A stretch of DNA of 64,000 bases from Actinomycetota bacterium (GCA_052387235.1 JBQTJJ010000033.1:4052-68051), one strand, 5' to 3'. Counted from the first letter of the stretch, positions 9,671-18,462 are shown. Notes: generated by a model not told the origin, from the letters alone. Program-made: numbers and translations.

Positions 9671-11202
9671 CCGCGGCCGCCCGCCGACGACAGGAGCTCG
9701 GTGAAGGTGCGCGCCGTCTGCTTGGTGTCGTACGCGCTGAAGCGCTGGGCGAACTCGTCGCGGGCGGACCGGCGGCGCTGCTCGAGGTGCTCGGTGAGCC
9801 GGCCCATGGCCACCAGCGTGTCCGGCCCCACCCCCGGCCTGCCGTGCAGCTCGGCCGCGACGTGCGCCAGCTGGTGCACGTGGACCTCGGCGTCCTGGTG
9901 CTCGCCCAGGTTGTCCTGGAGGGCCTTGAGGCGCTGCACGAAGGCCTTGCGGGGGCCCGGGGCGTAGAGGCTGCCGAAGCACTCGAGGAGGTAGCGCAGC
10001 TTCTTGGCGTCCTTGCGCAGCTCGTGCAGCACCTCGGCCGGGGTCTCGGGGCCGATGGAGCGCCCCCGCTCCAGGAGCTGCGCCTGCGCCTTGGCCGTCC
10101 GGCCGGCGGCGACCCTGCCGATGGCCGGGCCGGTCCCGGCGACCTCGTCCCCGGTCCCGCCTCCCTGCAGCCATCCCTGCCACCCGGTCATGAGCTTGCG
10201 GTAGCGGGCCGACCGCAGCACCTTGGCCAGGGCCACGTGCTCCGCCCGCCGGCGACCCGAGATGTGGGCCAGGACGGGAGCGAGCTGGCTCGACCCCTCC
10301 GGTCCGAGGGGTGCCACGTACCCGCTCCACTCGATCACGTAGACGTCGAGGTCCCGGGCCGGACCGGTTGCGCCCCCCAGCCAGCCGAAGCCGTCGCGAT
10401 AGCTGTCGCGCACGGCCGGCGGCAGCACGCCCTTGCCCTGGGCCAGCACCGACCGGGTGCGGCGCACCGCCACCCGCAGGTCGTGGAGGAACTCGGGGTC
10501 GACGTCGTCCACCGTGCCCTGCCAGTTGGCGTCGACGGTGGCGGCCAGGTTGGCCAGCACCCGCCGGAACGCCTGCAGCGCCGGCTCCCTCCGGTCCAGG
10601 GGGACGGTGGGCGATCCCTTGAAGCCGGTCAGGTCGATGCCGGCCGCCGCCGCGGCGGCGGTGAGGACGCCCGCTCCGTCGGCGAGTCCGAGCGACACGA
10701 GCAGGCTCCGGGCGCCGGCCGCATCCTTCGGGTACCCGGCCAGCTCGCCGACCTGCACCGCCCAGATCGGACCCACCTCGTCGTGGCCCTCCACGGTGAC
10801 CCCGTCGTGGACCTCGACGGCCACCCGGGCCTTGCCGGCACGGTCCCGGCGCACGCCGCGGGTCGCACTGGCGGTGACGGTCATCACCCGCAGGAGGGCC
10901 CGGATGTCGGTGTGGGCCAGGAGGCGGGCGCGGAAGGGGCCGGCCGGCAGGTCGGCGGCGAAGCGGGGCGCGCCGTCGACGCTGAGCCCGACCGGGCTGG
11001 TCCCCTCGGCGTCGAGGACCAGCTGGTGCGACCCGGCCTGCTCCCGAAGCTCCAGGCGCATGCCGGCCCCGGCCAGGCGCCCGTCGAACGTGTCGAGCAC
11101 CGTGCGGCGTACCCGGCGGCTCGGGCCGAGCTCGTAGCCGGCGCCGGCCAGCGCCGACAGCACGCCGGCGGGATCGACGTCGGGTGAGGTGTAGGCGTCC
11201 AT
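9667..11202 (-). CDS. CYTH-like / CHAD domain protein (YgiF-like architecture; CHAD is a polyphosphate-granule binding module)
   Basis: 511 aa. The N-terminal ~200 aa is CYTH-like (VLDTFDGRLAGAGMRLELRE) but has no N-terminal ExExK motif. The C-terminal half has CHAD helices (LHDLRVAVRRTRSVL, LHELRKDAKKLRYLLECF). Confidence 0.85.
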   Translation of the reverse strand: MDAYTSPDVDPAGVLSALAGAGYELGPSRRVRRTVLDTFDGRLAGAGMRLELREQAGSHQLVLDAEGTSPVGLSVDGAPRFAADLPAGPFRARLLAHTDIRALLRVMTVTASATRGVRRDRAGKARVAVEVHDGVTVEGHDEVGPIWAVQVGELAGYPKDAAGARSLLVSLGLADGAGVLTAAAAAAGIDLTGFKGSPTVPLDRREPALQAFRRVLANLAATVDANWQGTVDDVDPEFLHDLRVAVRRTRSVLAQGKGVLPPAVRDSYRDGFGWLGGATGPARDLDVYVIEWSGYVAPLGPEGSSQLAPVLAHISGRRRAEHVALAKVLRSARYRKLMTGWQGWLQGGGTGDEVAGTGPAIGRVAAGRTAKAQAQLLERGRSIGPETPAEVLHELRKDAKKLRYLLECFGSLYAPGPRKAFVQRLKALQDNLGEHQDAEVHVHQLAHVAAELHGRPGVGPDTLVAMGRLTEHLEQRRRSARDEFAQRFSAYDTKQTARTFTELLSSAGGRG

Positions 11203-11264
11203 GGGCGGCGCTCGGTTTCGGCTGCGTCGTGCGCCCGGCCGCCGCCTGGCCCAAGCTTGGCGCC

Positions 11265-11738
11265 ATGGCCGTCGAGATCGAGCGGAAGTTCCTTGTGACC
11301 GCCGTGCCCGGGCCCGAACTGCTCGGTCCCGGCGTGCGGCTGCGGCAAGGGTACCTGGCCGAGGACGGCCCGGTGCAGGTGCGGGTGCGCATCACCGAGG
11401 CGGCGGCGGTGCTGACGGTGAAGGCGGGACGGGGCCTCAGCCGCACGGAGGTGGAGCTGCCCGTCGGGCCGGACGAGGCCGAGTCGTTGTGGGCCCACAC
11501 CGGCGGGCGGCGCATCGAGAAGGTGCGCTTCCACGTGGACGCGGGCGGCCATGCCGTCGAGGTCGACCTCTACGCCGGCGCCCTCGACGGCCTGTGCACG
11601 GCGGAGGTCGAGTTCGCCTCGGTGGAGGAGGCCGAGCGGTTCGTCCCGCCCCCGTGGTTCGGGCCCGAGGTCACCACCGTGGCCGGCTGGGACAACGCCT
11701 CGCTGGCCAGGAGCGGCCGGCCCGAGCCGCTCAGCTGA
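11265..11738 (+). CDS. Stand-alone CYTH (triphosphate tunnel metalloenzyme) protein
   Basis: MAVEIERKFLV carries the canonical ExExK motif. 157 aa. Start is set at the ATG at 11265; the track ORF starts at 11184. Confidence 0.85.
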   Translation: MAVEIERKFLVTAVPGPELLGPGVRLRQGYLAEDGPVQVRVRITEAAAVLTVKAGRGLSRTEVELPVGPDEAESLWAHTGGRRIEKVRFHVDAGGHAVEVDLYAGALDGLCTAEVEFASVEEAERFVPPPWFGPEVTTVAGWDNASLARSGRPEPLS

Positions 11739-12147
11739 GGCGCTCCTCGAACACGTCGAGCACCTGGCGGTCGCGCGGGTAGGAGAGCAGCTCCCGGGCC
11801 TGCCCCACCGCCAGCCAGCGGATCTCGTCCACCTCGGGCCCCGGCTCGAAGCCCCCTCCGAGCGGGCGCATGGCCCAGTACCGGGCCACCTTGGCCCGCT
11901 GCCGGCGGTCGGCGTATGCCACCTCGGTGAGGTACGGGCCCAGCTCGCAGCGCAGCCCGGTCTCCTCGGCCACCTCCCGCAGGGCGCAGTCCTCGTCGCT
12001 CTCACCGGGGTCGGCCTTCCCCTTGGGCAGCGTCCAGTCGTCGTACCGGGGCCGGTGGACCAGGAGCACCTCGCGGCCGCCGCCACTCGCCCGCCACACC
12101 CCGCCGCCGGCGGCGCGGACGAGCTCGCCCCGGCCCGGCCCCGTCAC
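11731..12147 (-). CDS. Nudix hydrolase (MutT1-like Nudix half)
   Basis: Nudix box GKADPGESDEDCALREVAEETG. GTG start overlaps the stop of the upstream histidine phosphatase (GTGA at 12144-12147). Track ORF 11731..12615 is an over-extension. Confidence 0.85.
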   Translation of the reverse strand: MTGPGRGELVRAAGGGVWRASGGGREVLLVHRPRYDDWTLPKGKADPGESDEDCALREVAEETGLRCELGPYLTEVAYADRRQRAKVARYWAMRPLGGGFEPGPEVDEIRWLAVGQARELLSYPRDRQVLDVFEERLS

Positions 12148-12605
12148 TCCGGCGGCGTCAGGTAGCGGCCCACGATCCTCGACGTGGCGTCGCGCTCGAG
12201 CACCCACACCGACCCCTTCTGGCACCGGTCGTCGCCGAGGCGGGCGCCGTTCCCGTCGAGGTGGGCCAGCAGGTCGGCGATCACGTCGCCATGGGTGCAC
12301 AGGACGGTGTGGCCGGGATGGCCGAGCAGCGAGTGCACGAGGGCGGCGGCCTGCTCGCCCGCGCCCTCGGCCAGCGCCTCCGACGCCCCCACGGCGAGGC
12401 CCAGGGCGGCGGCGGCCGGCGCCAGCGTGTCGACGCAGCGCACGGTGGGGCTCGAGACGAACCGCGTGACCGGGAACCCGGAGAGGACCCCGACCAGCCC
12501 GTCGGCCTGGCGCCGGCCCCGCTCGTTCAAGGGCCGGGCCGGATCCTCGCCGGCCCACGCGCTCCGGGGCAGGGCGACGGCATGGCGGACGACGAGGACG
12601 GGCAC
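12144..12605 (-). CDS. SixA-like histidine phosphatase (MutT1-like C-terminal half encoded separately)
   Basis: N-terminus VLVVRHAVA (RHG/A catalytic motif), with a conserved THGD later. 153 aa. Confidence 0.8.
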   Translation of the reverse strand: MPVLVVRHAVALPRSAWAGEDPARPLNERGRRQADGLVGVLSGFPVTRFVSSPTVRCVDTLAPAAAALGLAVGASEALAEGAGEQAAALVHSLLGHPGHTVLCTHGDVIADLLAHLDGNGARLGDDRCQKGSVWVLERDATSRIVGRYLTPPE

Positions 12606-12687
12606 GAGGGTGCATTGTGCCCCTCCCGCCGGCCGTCTCCGAATCCGGCCGGGGCGCGGCCGCCCGGCGCAGTCCGGAGGTCCGCGA

Positions 12688-14847
12688 CTACAGCGAGCTC
12701 TCCGACGCGTCGGCGGCCAGGTCCTCGGCCTCCCGCCGCCGGCGCACCCGCTCCTCGGCCAGCTGCTGGAGCCGCACGTGCGACGACAGCCCCTCGGTGG
12801 TGGCCACCTTGGACCAGGACCCGTCGGACGCCAGCTGCCAGGCCAGGACGTCGTCGGCCAGCTCCACGTCCAGGATCTCCCGCAGCCGGTCCTGCAGGTC
12901 CGGGGCCTCCACCGGCACCAGGACCTCGATGCGCTTGTCCAGGTTGCGGGCCATCATGTCGGCCGAGCCGATGAGGTACCGGACCGGGCCGTGGGCGGGG
13001 TCGCCGAAGGCGAAGATCCTCGAGTGCTCCAGGTAGCGCCCGACGATGGAGCGGACCCGGATGTTCTCCGACAGCTCGGGCACGCCGGGCCGCAGGCCGC
13101 ACATGCTGCGCACGATCAGGTCGACCGACGTCCCGGCCGCCGAGGCCAGGTAGAGGGCGTCGATGACGGCCTTGTCGACCAGGCTGTTGACCTTCATCAC
13201 GATGCGCCCGGGCCTGGGCCCCGAGCACTCCCGCTCGATCAGCTCCACGATGCGGGCCCGCAGGTGGGTCGGCGCGAGGAGGACCTTGCGGTACCGCTGC
13301 TGGCGGCTGTAGCCGGTGAGGAAGTTGAACAGGTCGGTGAGGTCGGCGCCCAGGTCGGCGTCGGCCGACAGCAACCCGATGTCCTCGTAGATCCGGGCCG
13401 TCTTCGGGTTGTAGTTGCCCGTGCCCACGTGGCAGTAGCGACGGATGCCGTCCTCCTCCTGGCGAACGACGAGCGCCGTCTTGCTGTGGGTCTTGAAGCC
13501 GACCAGGCCGTACACGACGTGGACGCCCGCCTCCTCCAGGGCCCGGGCCCAGGCGATGTTGGCCTGCTCGTCGAAGCGGGCCTTCAGCTCCACCAGGGCC
13601 GAGACCTGCTTGCCCCGCTCGGCCGCCCGGATGAGCGACTTCACGATCGGGCTGTCGCCCGACGTGCGGTAGAGCGTCTGCTTGATGGCCAACACCTTCG
13701 GGTCGGAGGCGGCCTGGCGGATGAACGCCTCCACGGTGGTCTTGAACGACTCGTAGGGGTGGTGGACGAGGATGTCCCGCTCCCGCAGCGCCGCGAACAC
13801 GTCGGCCCGGTCGTTGTCGTCCGCCGCCAGCTCCGGGGGCGTCACCGGATGCCAGGGCTCGTCCTTGAGATCGGCGCGGTCCAGCTCGTGCAGGGCCCAC
13901 AGGCCACCGAGGTCGAGCGGCCCCTGCACCTCGAACACGTCGTTGGGCTCGACCTCCAGCTCCCGCTCGAGCAGCTGGCGGGCCTCGGACGACATGCCGG
14001 CATCGACCTCCACCCGCACGGCCTGCCCGAAGCGGCGCCGGCGCAGCTCCATCTCCACCGCCGCCAGCAGGTCGTCCGCCTCCTCGTCCTCCTCCAGGGT
14101 GAGGTCGGTGTTGCGGGTGACCCGGAACGGGTACTGGCACTCGATCTCCATGCCCGGGAAGAGGGCGTCGAGGTGGGCCGCGATCACCTGCTCGAGGGGC
14201 ACGAACCGCTCGCCATCCGGGAGGAACACGAAGCGGGGCAGGAGCGGTGGGACCTTCACACGCGCGAAGCGGCGCTCGCCCGTCACCGGGTCCCGGACGA
14301 TCACGGCCAGGTTGAGCGAGAGGTTGGAGATGTAGGGGAAGGGGTGGCCGGGGTCGACCGCCAGCGGCGTGAGCACCGGGAACACGTCGTCGAACACCCG
14401 CTGCAGCTGCTTGCGGTCATCGTCGCCGAGGGTGGCGAGGTCGCACATACGGATGCCGGCCGCGGCCAGGGCCGGCACCACGCGCTCCAGGAAGACGCCG
14501 GACTGGCGGTCGACGAGGGTGGCGATGCGCTGGCGGATGGCGTCGAGCTGCTGCGCCGGCGTGAGCCCGTCGGCCGTCGCCGACGACATCCCGGCCGCCA
14601 CCTGGTCCTTGAGCCCGGCCACCCGCACCTGGAAGAACTCGTCGAGGTTGGTGGAGAAGATGGCCAGGAACTTGGCCCGCTCGAGCAGGGGGAGGGACTC
14701 GTCCTCGGACAGGGCCAGCACCCGTTCCTGGAAATCGAGGAGGGACAGCTCCCGGTTGATGTAGGGCGGCAGCTCGCCGGCGGCGGCCGGCGGCGGGGTC
14801 GGGGCAGGCTCCTCGATGAGCTCTTCCAGCTGCCGTGCCATCCCCAA
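12688..14847 (-). CDS. ppk: Polyphosphate kinase 1
   Basis: 719 aa with a PPK1 N-terminus (YINRELSLLDFQERVL...FLAIFSTNLDEFFQVRVAGL) and PLD-like C-terminal domains. The track start at 14847 is TTG; the ATG at 14841 (MARQLEEL) is equally likely. Confidence 0.95.
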   Translation of the reverse strand: MGMARQLEELIEEPAPTPPPAAAGELPPYINRELSLLDFQERVLALSEDESLPLLERAKFLAIFSTNLDEFFQVRVAGLKDQVAAGMSSATADGLTPAQQLDAIRQRIATLVDRQSGVFLERVVPALAAAGIRMCDLATLGDDDRKQLQRVFDDVFPVLTPLAVDPGHPFPYISNLSLNLAVIVRDPVTGERRFARVKVPPLLPRFVFLPDGERFVPLEQVIAAHLDALFPGMEIECQYPFRVTRNTDLTLEEDEEADDLLAAVEMELRRRRFGQAVRVEVDAGMSSEARQLLERELEVEPNDVFEVQGPLDLGGLWALHELDRADLKDEPWHPVTPPELAADDNDRADVFAALRERDILVHHPYESFKTTVEAFIRQAASDPKVLAIKQTLYRTSGDSPIVKSLIRAAERGKQVSALVELKARFDEQANIAWARALEEAGVHVVYGLVGFKTHSKTALVVRQEEDGIRRYCHVGTGNYNPKTARIYEDIGLLSADADLGADLTDLFNFLTGYSRQQRYRKVLLAPTHLRARIVELIERECSGPRPGRIVMKVNSLVDKAVIDALYLASAAGTSVDLIVRSMCGLRPGVPELSENIRVRSIVGRYLEHSRIFAFGDPAHGPVRYLIGSADMMARNLDKRIEVLVPVEAPDLQDRLREILDVELADDVLAWQLASDGSWSKVATTEGLSSHVRLQQLAEERVRRRREAEDLAADASESSL

Positions 14848-14869
14848 CGGTACTGCCGGGCCGCCTGCG

Positions 14870-14902
14870 CCGAGATGGCGCGGCGGTGAACGATCGGCGA
14901 AC
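14870..14902 (-). promoter_or_regulatory. PHO-box-like operator upstream of ppk1
   Basis: The minus strand reads GTTCGCCGATC GTTCACCGCCG CGCCATCTCGG, 29-61 nt upstream of the ppk ATG. It has the same three-unit pattern as the pstS site (GTTC-, GTTCACC-, -CCATCTC-). Confidence 0.5.
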
Positions 14903-14910
14903 TCTCCGGG

Positions 14911-15618
14911 TCAGCCGAGACGCAGCACCGGCCAGCCGGCCGAGGTCGCGGCCTGGCGCAGCCGGCGGTCGGGGTTGACCGCCACCGGCCGCCCGCAGGC
15001 CGCCAGCAGGGGCAGGTCGGACCCGCTGTCGGCGTAGGCGGTGGCGCTGGCCAGGTCGACCGGGCCCAGCTCCGCTTCGAGCCGCTCGAGCTTGCCCGGG
15101 CCGTGGCAGAAGGGGCCGTCGAGGCGGCCGGTGAGCCGCCCGTCCACCACCTCGGCCCGGGTGCCCACGGCACGGTCGGCGCCCAGGGCGTGGCCCACGG
15201 CCTCGACCAGCTCCTGGGGACTGGCCGACAGCACCACGCAGGTGTCGCCGGCCGCCTTGTGGCGGGCCATGAGCCAGCGGGCGGCGGGGTAGGCCGAGGA
15301 GGCGATCTCGGGGGCCACCTCCCGGGCCACCGACGCCAGCTGTTCCTGGTCGCGGTCGGCGGCTGCGGCCAGCAGGCTCTCCCGCAGGCGGGCGATGCGG
15401 GAGTCGGCCATGCCGCGGCGGGCGAAGCCGGCGGCCCGCACCGCGTGGCGGGCGACGGTGGTGCGCTGGATCACCTTGCGGTCGGCGAGGGCCCGGCCGA
15501 GCTCCATCAGGCTGGAGCCGGGCACGAGGGTGCGGTCGAGGTCGAAGATGGCGACGGCGCGGACCGGCTGCGTGCGGGTCCGCGGAGGGCGGCGTGCGGC
15601 GAGAGTTGCGCGTGTCAT
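14911..15618 (-). CDS. HAD-IB family hydrolase (SerB-like phosphatase fold)
   Basis: Motif I FDLDRTL, C-terminal motif YADSGSDLPLL. Start is set at the ATG at 15618; the track ORF extends to 15855. Confidence 0.8.
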   Translation of the reverse strand: MTRATLAARRPPRTRTQPVRAVAIFDLDRTLVPGSSLMELGRALADRKVIQRTTVARHAVRAAGFARRGMADSRIARLRESLLAAAADRDQEQLASVAREVAPEIASSAYPAARWLMARHKAAGDTCVVLSASPQELVEAVGHALGADRAVGTRAEVVDGRLTGRLDGPFCHGPGKLERLEAELGPVDLASATAYADSGSDLPLLAACGRPVAVNPDRRLRQAATSAGWPVLRLG

Positions 15619-15668
15619 GGCTCGATGGTGGAGGCGCCACGTTGCGAGCGGATGTCGGCCGCCGCCCA

Positions 15669-15701
15669 TCCGCGTGAACGGCGATGGGCGGCTCCGTGAA
15701 G
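15669..15701 (-). promoter_or_regulatory. Weaker PHO-box-like 11-nt periodic repeats upstream of the HAD-IB gene
   Basis: The minus strand reads CTTCACGGAGC CGCCCATCGCC GTTCACGCGGA, 51-83 nt upstream of the start. Unit order and register differ from the pstS/ppk sites. Confidence 0.3.
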
Positions 15702-15734
15702 GGGCGGCGGCGGGCTCCGCCCGGGACGCTGTGT

Positions 15735-16160
15735 TCAGGTGCCGGGAGGCGGCGGGACGAACCCCAGCTGCTGCAGCATGCCCAGCTGGTCCACGACCCC
15801 CCAGTGCTCGCGGATCTGGCCTCCGGACATGCGGGCGATGTGGATCTCCTCCCACGTGGCCGACCTGCCGGACGCCGGCATGCCGAGGAAGTCGCCTGTC
15901 ATCGTGGCCGTGACGCGCACGTGGCCGATGTGCATGTCGCCGTCCTGGAACTGACCGACCACGTCGTAGCGGACGTCGGGGAAGGCCGACCGCAACGCGG
16001 TGGTGAACAGGTGCACGCCCTCGCGCGTGGCCGGCACCCCCGGCGGGAGGGAGATGTGCTCGGCGTAGTCGTCGGCGAAGAGCTCGTCGATCAGCTCCGT
16101 CCGGCCCTCGTTGAAGATCTCGAGTGGGACGCGGCGAAAGTTGGCAGCGTCATCAGCCAT
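15735..16160 (-). CDS. SnoaL-like ester cyclase / NTF2-fold protein
   Basis: 141 aa with an ester-cyclase pattern (IFNEGRTELIDELFADDYAEH...GQIREHWGVVDQLGMLQQLG). ATG at 16158-16160. Confidence 0.8.
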   Translation of the reverse strand: MADDAANFRRVPLEIFNEGRTELIDELFADDYAEHISLPPGVPATREGVHLFTTALRSAFPDVRYDVVGQFQDGDMHIGHVRVTATMTGDFLGMPASGRSATWEEIHIARMSGGQIREHWGVVDQLGMLQQLGFVPPPPGT

Positions 16161-16471
16161 GGGCCTTCCTCCTCGTTTCCCGGGTGCGGTGCCCTCCCCG
16201 GATGCGACCGACGCTACGCCCCGGCGCAGGCTCGTGCGCCGGGTGACTCGATCCCGTCGTCGTTGGTCACGAGGACCCGGATCGGCGAGTCCCCCTCCGG
16301 TCCTCGGCCTCCCTCCTGCCAGGTCGTGGATCGGCGGGAGGGAGGCACGAGGACGACGGTACGCCCCCTCCCTTACGACCCGATTGCCGCGCCGGCACGT
16401 CGACGTGACATCGAGGTGAATCCCCGGATCGCCCGGCGGGCGCACTCGATGACCTGCCGCACCGGGTAGCC

Positions 16472-16864
16472 CTACCCGTCGGGGGGAGGAGGTGCCGCCG
16501 GGACGTCGACCGCATGCTCCCGGAGGATGGCGAGGGGCACGATGTCGAGGACGCGCTCGTTGGTGGACGCGAGGACCACGAAGGCGGCGGCGCCGTCGGC
16601 GTGGGCGCGCAGCCAGTTCACCGCCGTCACGCACCACCTGTCGCCGGGCACCAGGCCCGGGAAGTGGAACTCCGGCCTCGGGGTGGAGAGGTCGTTCCCG
16701 ATGCTGCGCTGGTGCTCCAGGAACTCAGACGTCACCACCGCACAGATCGTGTGGCTTCCCCGGTCGTCCGGCCCGGTCCGGCAGGACCCGTCCCGGTAGA
16801 AGCCTGTGAGCGGGTCGGTGCTGCACTCCTCCAGCTCGCCCCCGAGGACGTTGCGATCACCCAT
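16472..16864 (-). CDS. DUF2237-family protein
   Basis: 130 aa. NVLGGELEECSTDPLTGFYRDGSCRTGPDDRGSHTICAVVTSEFL matches the conserved DUF2237 core as I remember it. Confidence 0.75.
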   Translation of the reverse strand: MGDRNVLGGELEECSTDPLTGFYRDGSCRTGPDDRGSHTICAVVTSEFLEHQRSIGNDLSTPRPEFHFPGLVPGDRWCVTAVNWLRAHADGAAAFVVLASTNERVLDIVPLAILREHAVDVPAAPPPPDG

Positions 16865-16906
16865 GCCGGCAAGTATCGCGAGCAGCGGGGCCGCTAGGGT
16901 CCGGCT

Positions 16907-17263
16907 GTGCGGATGTGGCGTCGAGCGGCACTCCTGTCCCTCCTGGTGTGGGTCCTCGCCGTCGGGTCCTGGGCCAACCGCTCGTGGACCGAGAGCGTCC
17001 CGCTCGTGACGCCGCCCGACGTCGAGGCCGAGTCCCGATCGTTCGTGTGCGGCGCGCCACTGGGATCCCGAACCGTCCACCCGAGGCCGCCCATCGAGCG
17101 CCCCTACCCGCTCTCCCGTGAGCCCTGCCGCCTCCACGACGAGCGTCGAGCCCTTGCCGTGGTCGACCTGCTGATCGGCGTGGCCGGGGTGGTGGCCCTC
17201 GTCTACTTCGGTGCGCGCCACGCCGCCCGGAAGGAGCCGGACCCGGCCCTCCCGGTCGCCTGA
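16907..17263 (+). CDS. Hypothetical small membrane protein (two predicted TM helices)
   Basis: 118-aa GTG ORF with mostly G/C third positions and hydrophobic segments at both ends. No recognisable family. Confidence 0.4.
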   Translation: MRMWRRAALLSLLVWVLAVGSWANRSWTESVPLVTPPDVEAESRSFVCGAPLGSRTVHPRPPIERPYPLSREPCRLHDERRALAVVDLLIGVAGVVALVYFGARHAARKEPDPALPVA

Positions 17264-17349
17264 ACCTCTCCGGTCCCGCCGTGCCAGGCACGCGTCGCGA
17301 ACAGCCGGCGCCCTGTCAAGGCCAGGGTCGGTTCCTCCGATAGGGCCTG

Positions 17350-18462
17350 ATGGAGCATGTTCGCGTCGGCCGGATCGTCGTGATCGCCCTTCTCGCCGCC
17401 GCCGCGGTGGGGGCAACCCTGGCCGGCGCCCTGGATCGCATCGACGAGGACGGCCAGGGGCTGGACCTGGCCAGGGGTTCGGTGGTCCTGCGCCGCCTGG
17501 CGCCCTCCGGGGACGGCGTCGTGGGGGTCGGGTACGTGGACGACCGCGCCGTCACCACTGGTGTCTGGCGGCGGGACGCCGACCGGTGGGTGGCGCTCGG
17601 CTCGCCCGCGCCCATGGCGGAGCTGCATGACGCCCTCGCAGCCGGCGACCGCATCCTCGCCGTCGGGACGGACGGGGGCACCCCGGCCGTGTGGTCCCGT
17701 TCCCACCGGGGGGCCTGGCGGACCGAGGTCGCCCTCGATCCGGCCGCGGCCGGCCTGGACTTCGGCTCCCTCGTGGCCGTCGCCGAGCACGCGGGGACCA
17801 TCGTCGCCGCCGGCACCCTCACCGGCGACGGCCGCCAGCAGCTCGTAGCGGCGGTGTCGGTGGACGGCGCCCCGTGGCGGACCGTGCCCATCGCCGACGG
17901 CTGGATCGTGGTCGGCGCCGTGCGCCACGTCGGAGGCGAGTTCATGGTGGTCGGCGGCTCGAACGGCGCGCAGGGCGTCCGGCCCGCCGTCTGGCGCTCC
18001 GCCGACGGGCTGAGCTGGACCCCCGACACCACGGTCGCGCCGGACGCCCGCCGCCCAGGTGCCGACCACGGCTGGATCCAGGACGTCGTCGCCACCGCCG
18101 ACGGCGGTGCCCTGGCCGTCGGCATGTGGTCCCACCGCCCGACCACCTGGACCAGCACCGGGGACGGATGGCGCCCGGGCGGCGACCTCCCGACCACCGC
18201 TGCCGGGTTCAGCGTGCGCCGGGTGATCAGCCCGGGGCCGGACCGGTTCCTCGCGGTGGGCACGGTGATCGAGGTCGGCGGTGACCAGCGGGGGGTGACC
18301 TGGACCTCGGCCGACGGGCGGATCTGGTCGGCGACCCTCGTCGACGAGGCTGACTACGACGGGATCGCCGATGCCCTCGTCGTGGGCGGCCGGACCGTCC
18401 TGCTGGCCAACACCCTCGCCGGCCGGCGGGCCGAGCCGGTGCTCCTGGACCCGCTGGCCTGA
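17350..18462 (+). CDS. Membrane-anchored protein with Asp-box/BNR-like beta-propeller repeats
   Basis: N-terminal TM segment (IVVIALLAAAAVGATLAGA). Repeated W-x-S-x-DG-x-x-W motifs (VWRSADGLSWTP, TWTSADGRIWSA, VSVDGAPWRTV). Confidence 0.65.
   Translation: MEHVRVGRIVVIALLAAAAVGATLAGALDRIDEDGQGLDLARGSVVLRRLAPSGDGVVGVGYVDDRAVTTGVWRRDADRWVALGSPAPMAELHDALAAGDRILAVGTDGGTPAVWSRSHRGAWRTEVALDPAAAGLDFGSLVAVAEHAGTIVAAGTLTGDGRQQLVAAVSVDGAPWRTVPIADGWIVVGAVRHVGGEFMVVGGSNGAQGVRPAVWRSADGLSWTPDTTVAPDARRPGADHGWIQDVVATADGGALAVGMWSHRPTTWTSTGDGWRPGGDLPTTAAGFSVRRVISPGPDRFLAVGTVIEVGGDQRGVTWTSADGRIWSATLVDEADYDGIADALVVGGRTVLLANTLAGRRAEPVLLDPLA

Noticed and set aside
12184-14889. A 901-aa plus-strand ORF, together with many other long track ORFs (for example 100..1539 -, 3276..4877 +, 4723..6438 -, 23853..26330 -, 25910..27766 -, 35585..36436 -, 45479..47596 -, 60928..62820 -).
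   Set aside because: They lie antisense to, or out of frame with, genes that have unmistakable family motifs. Their translations are Arg/Gly/Pro/Ala-rich low-complexity strings, typical of stop-poor shadow frames in >70% GC DNA.
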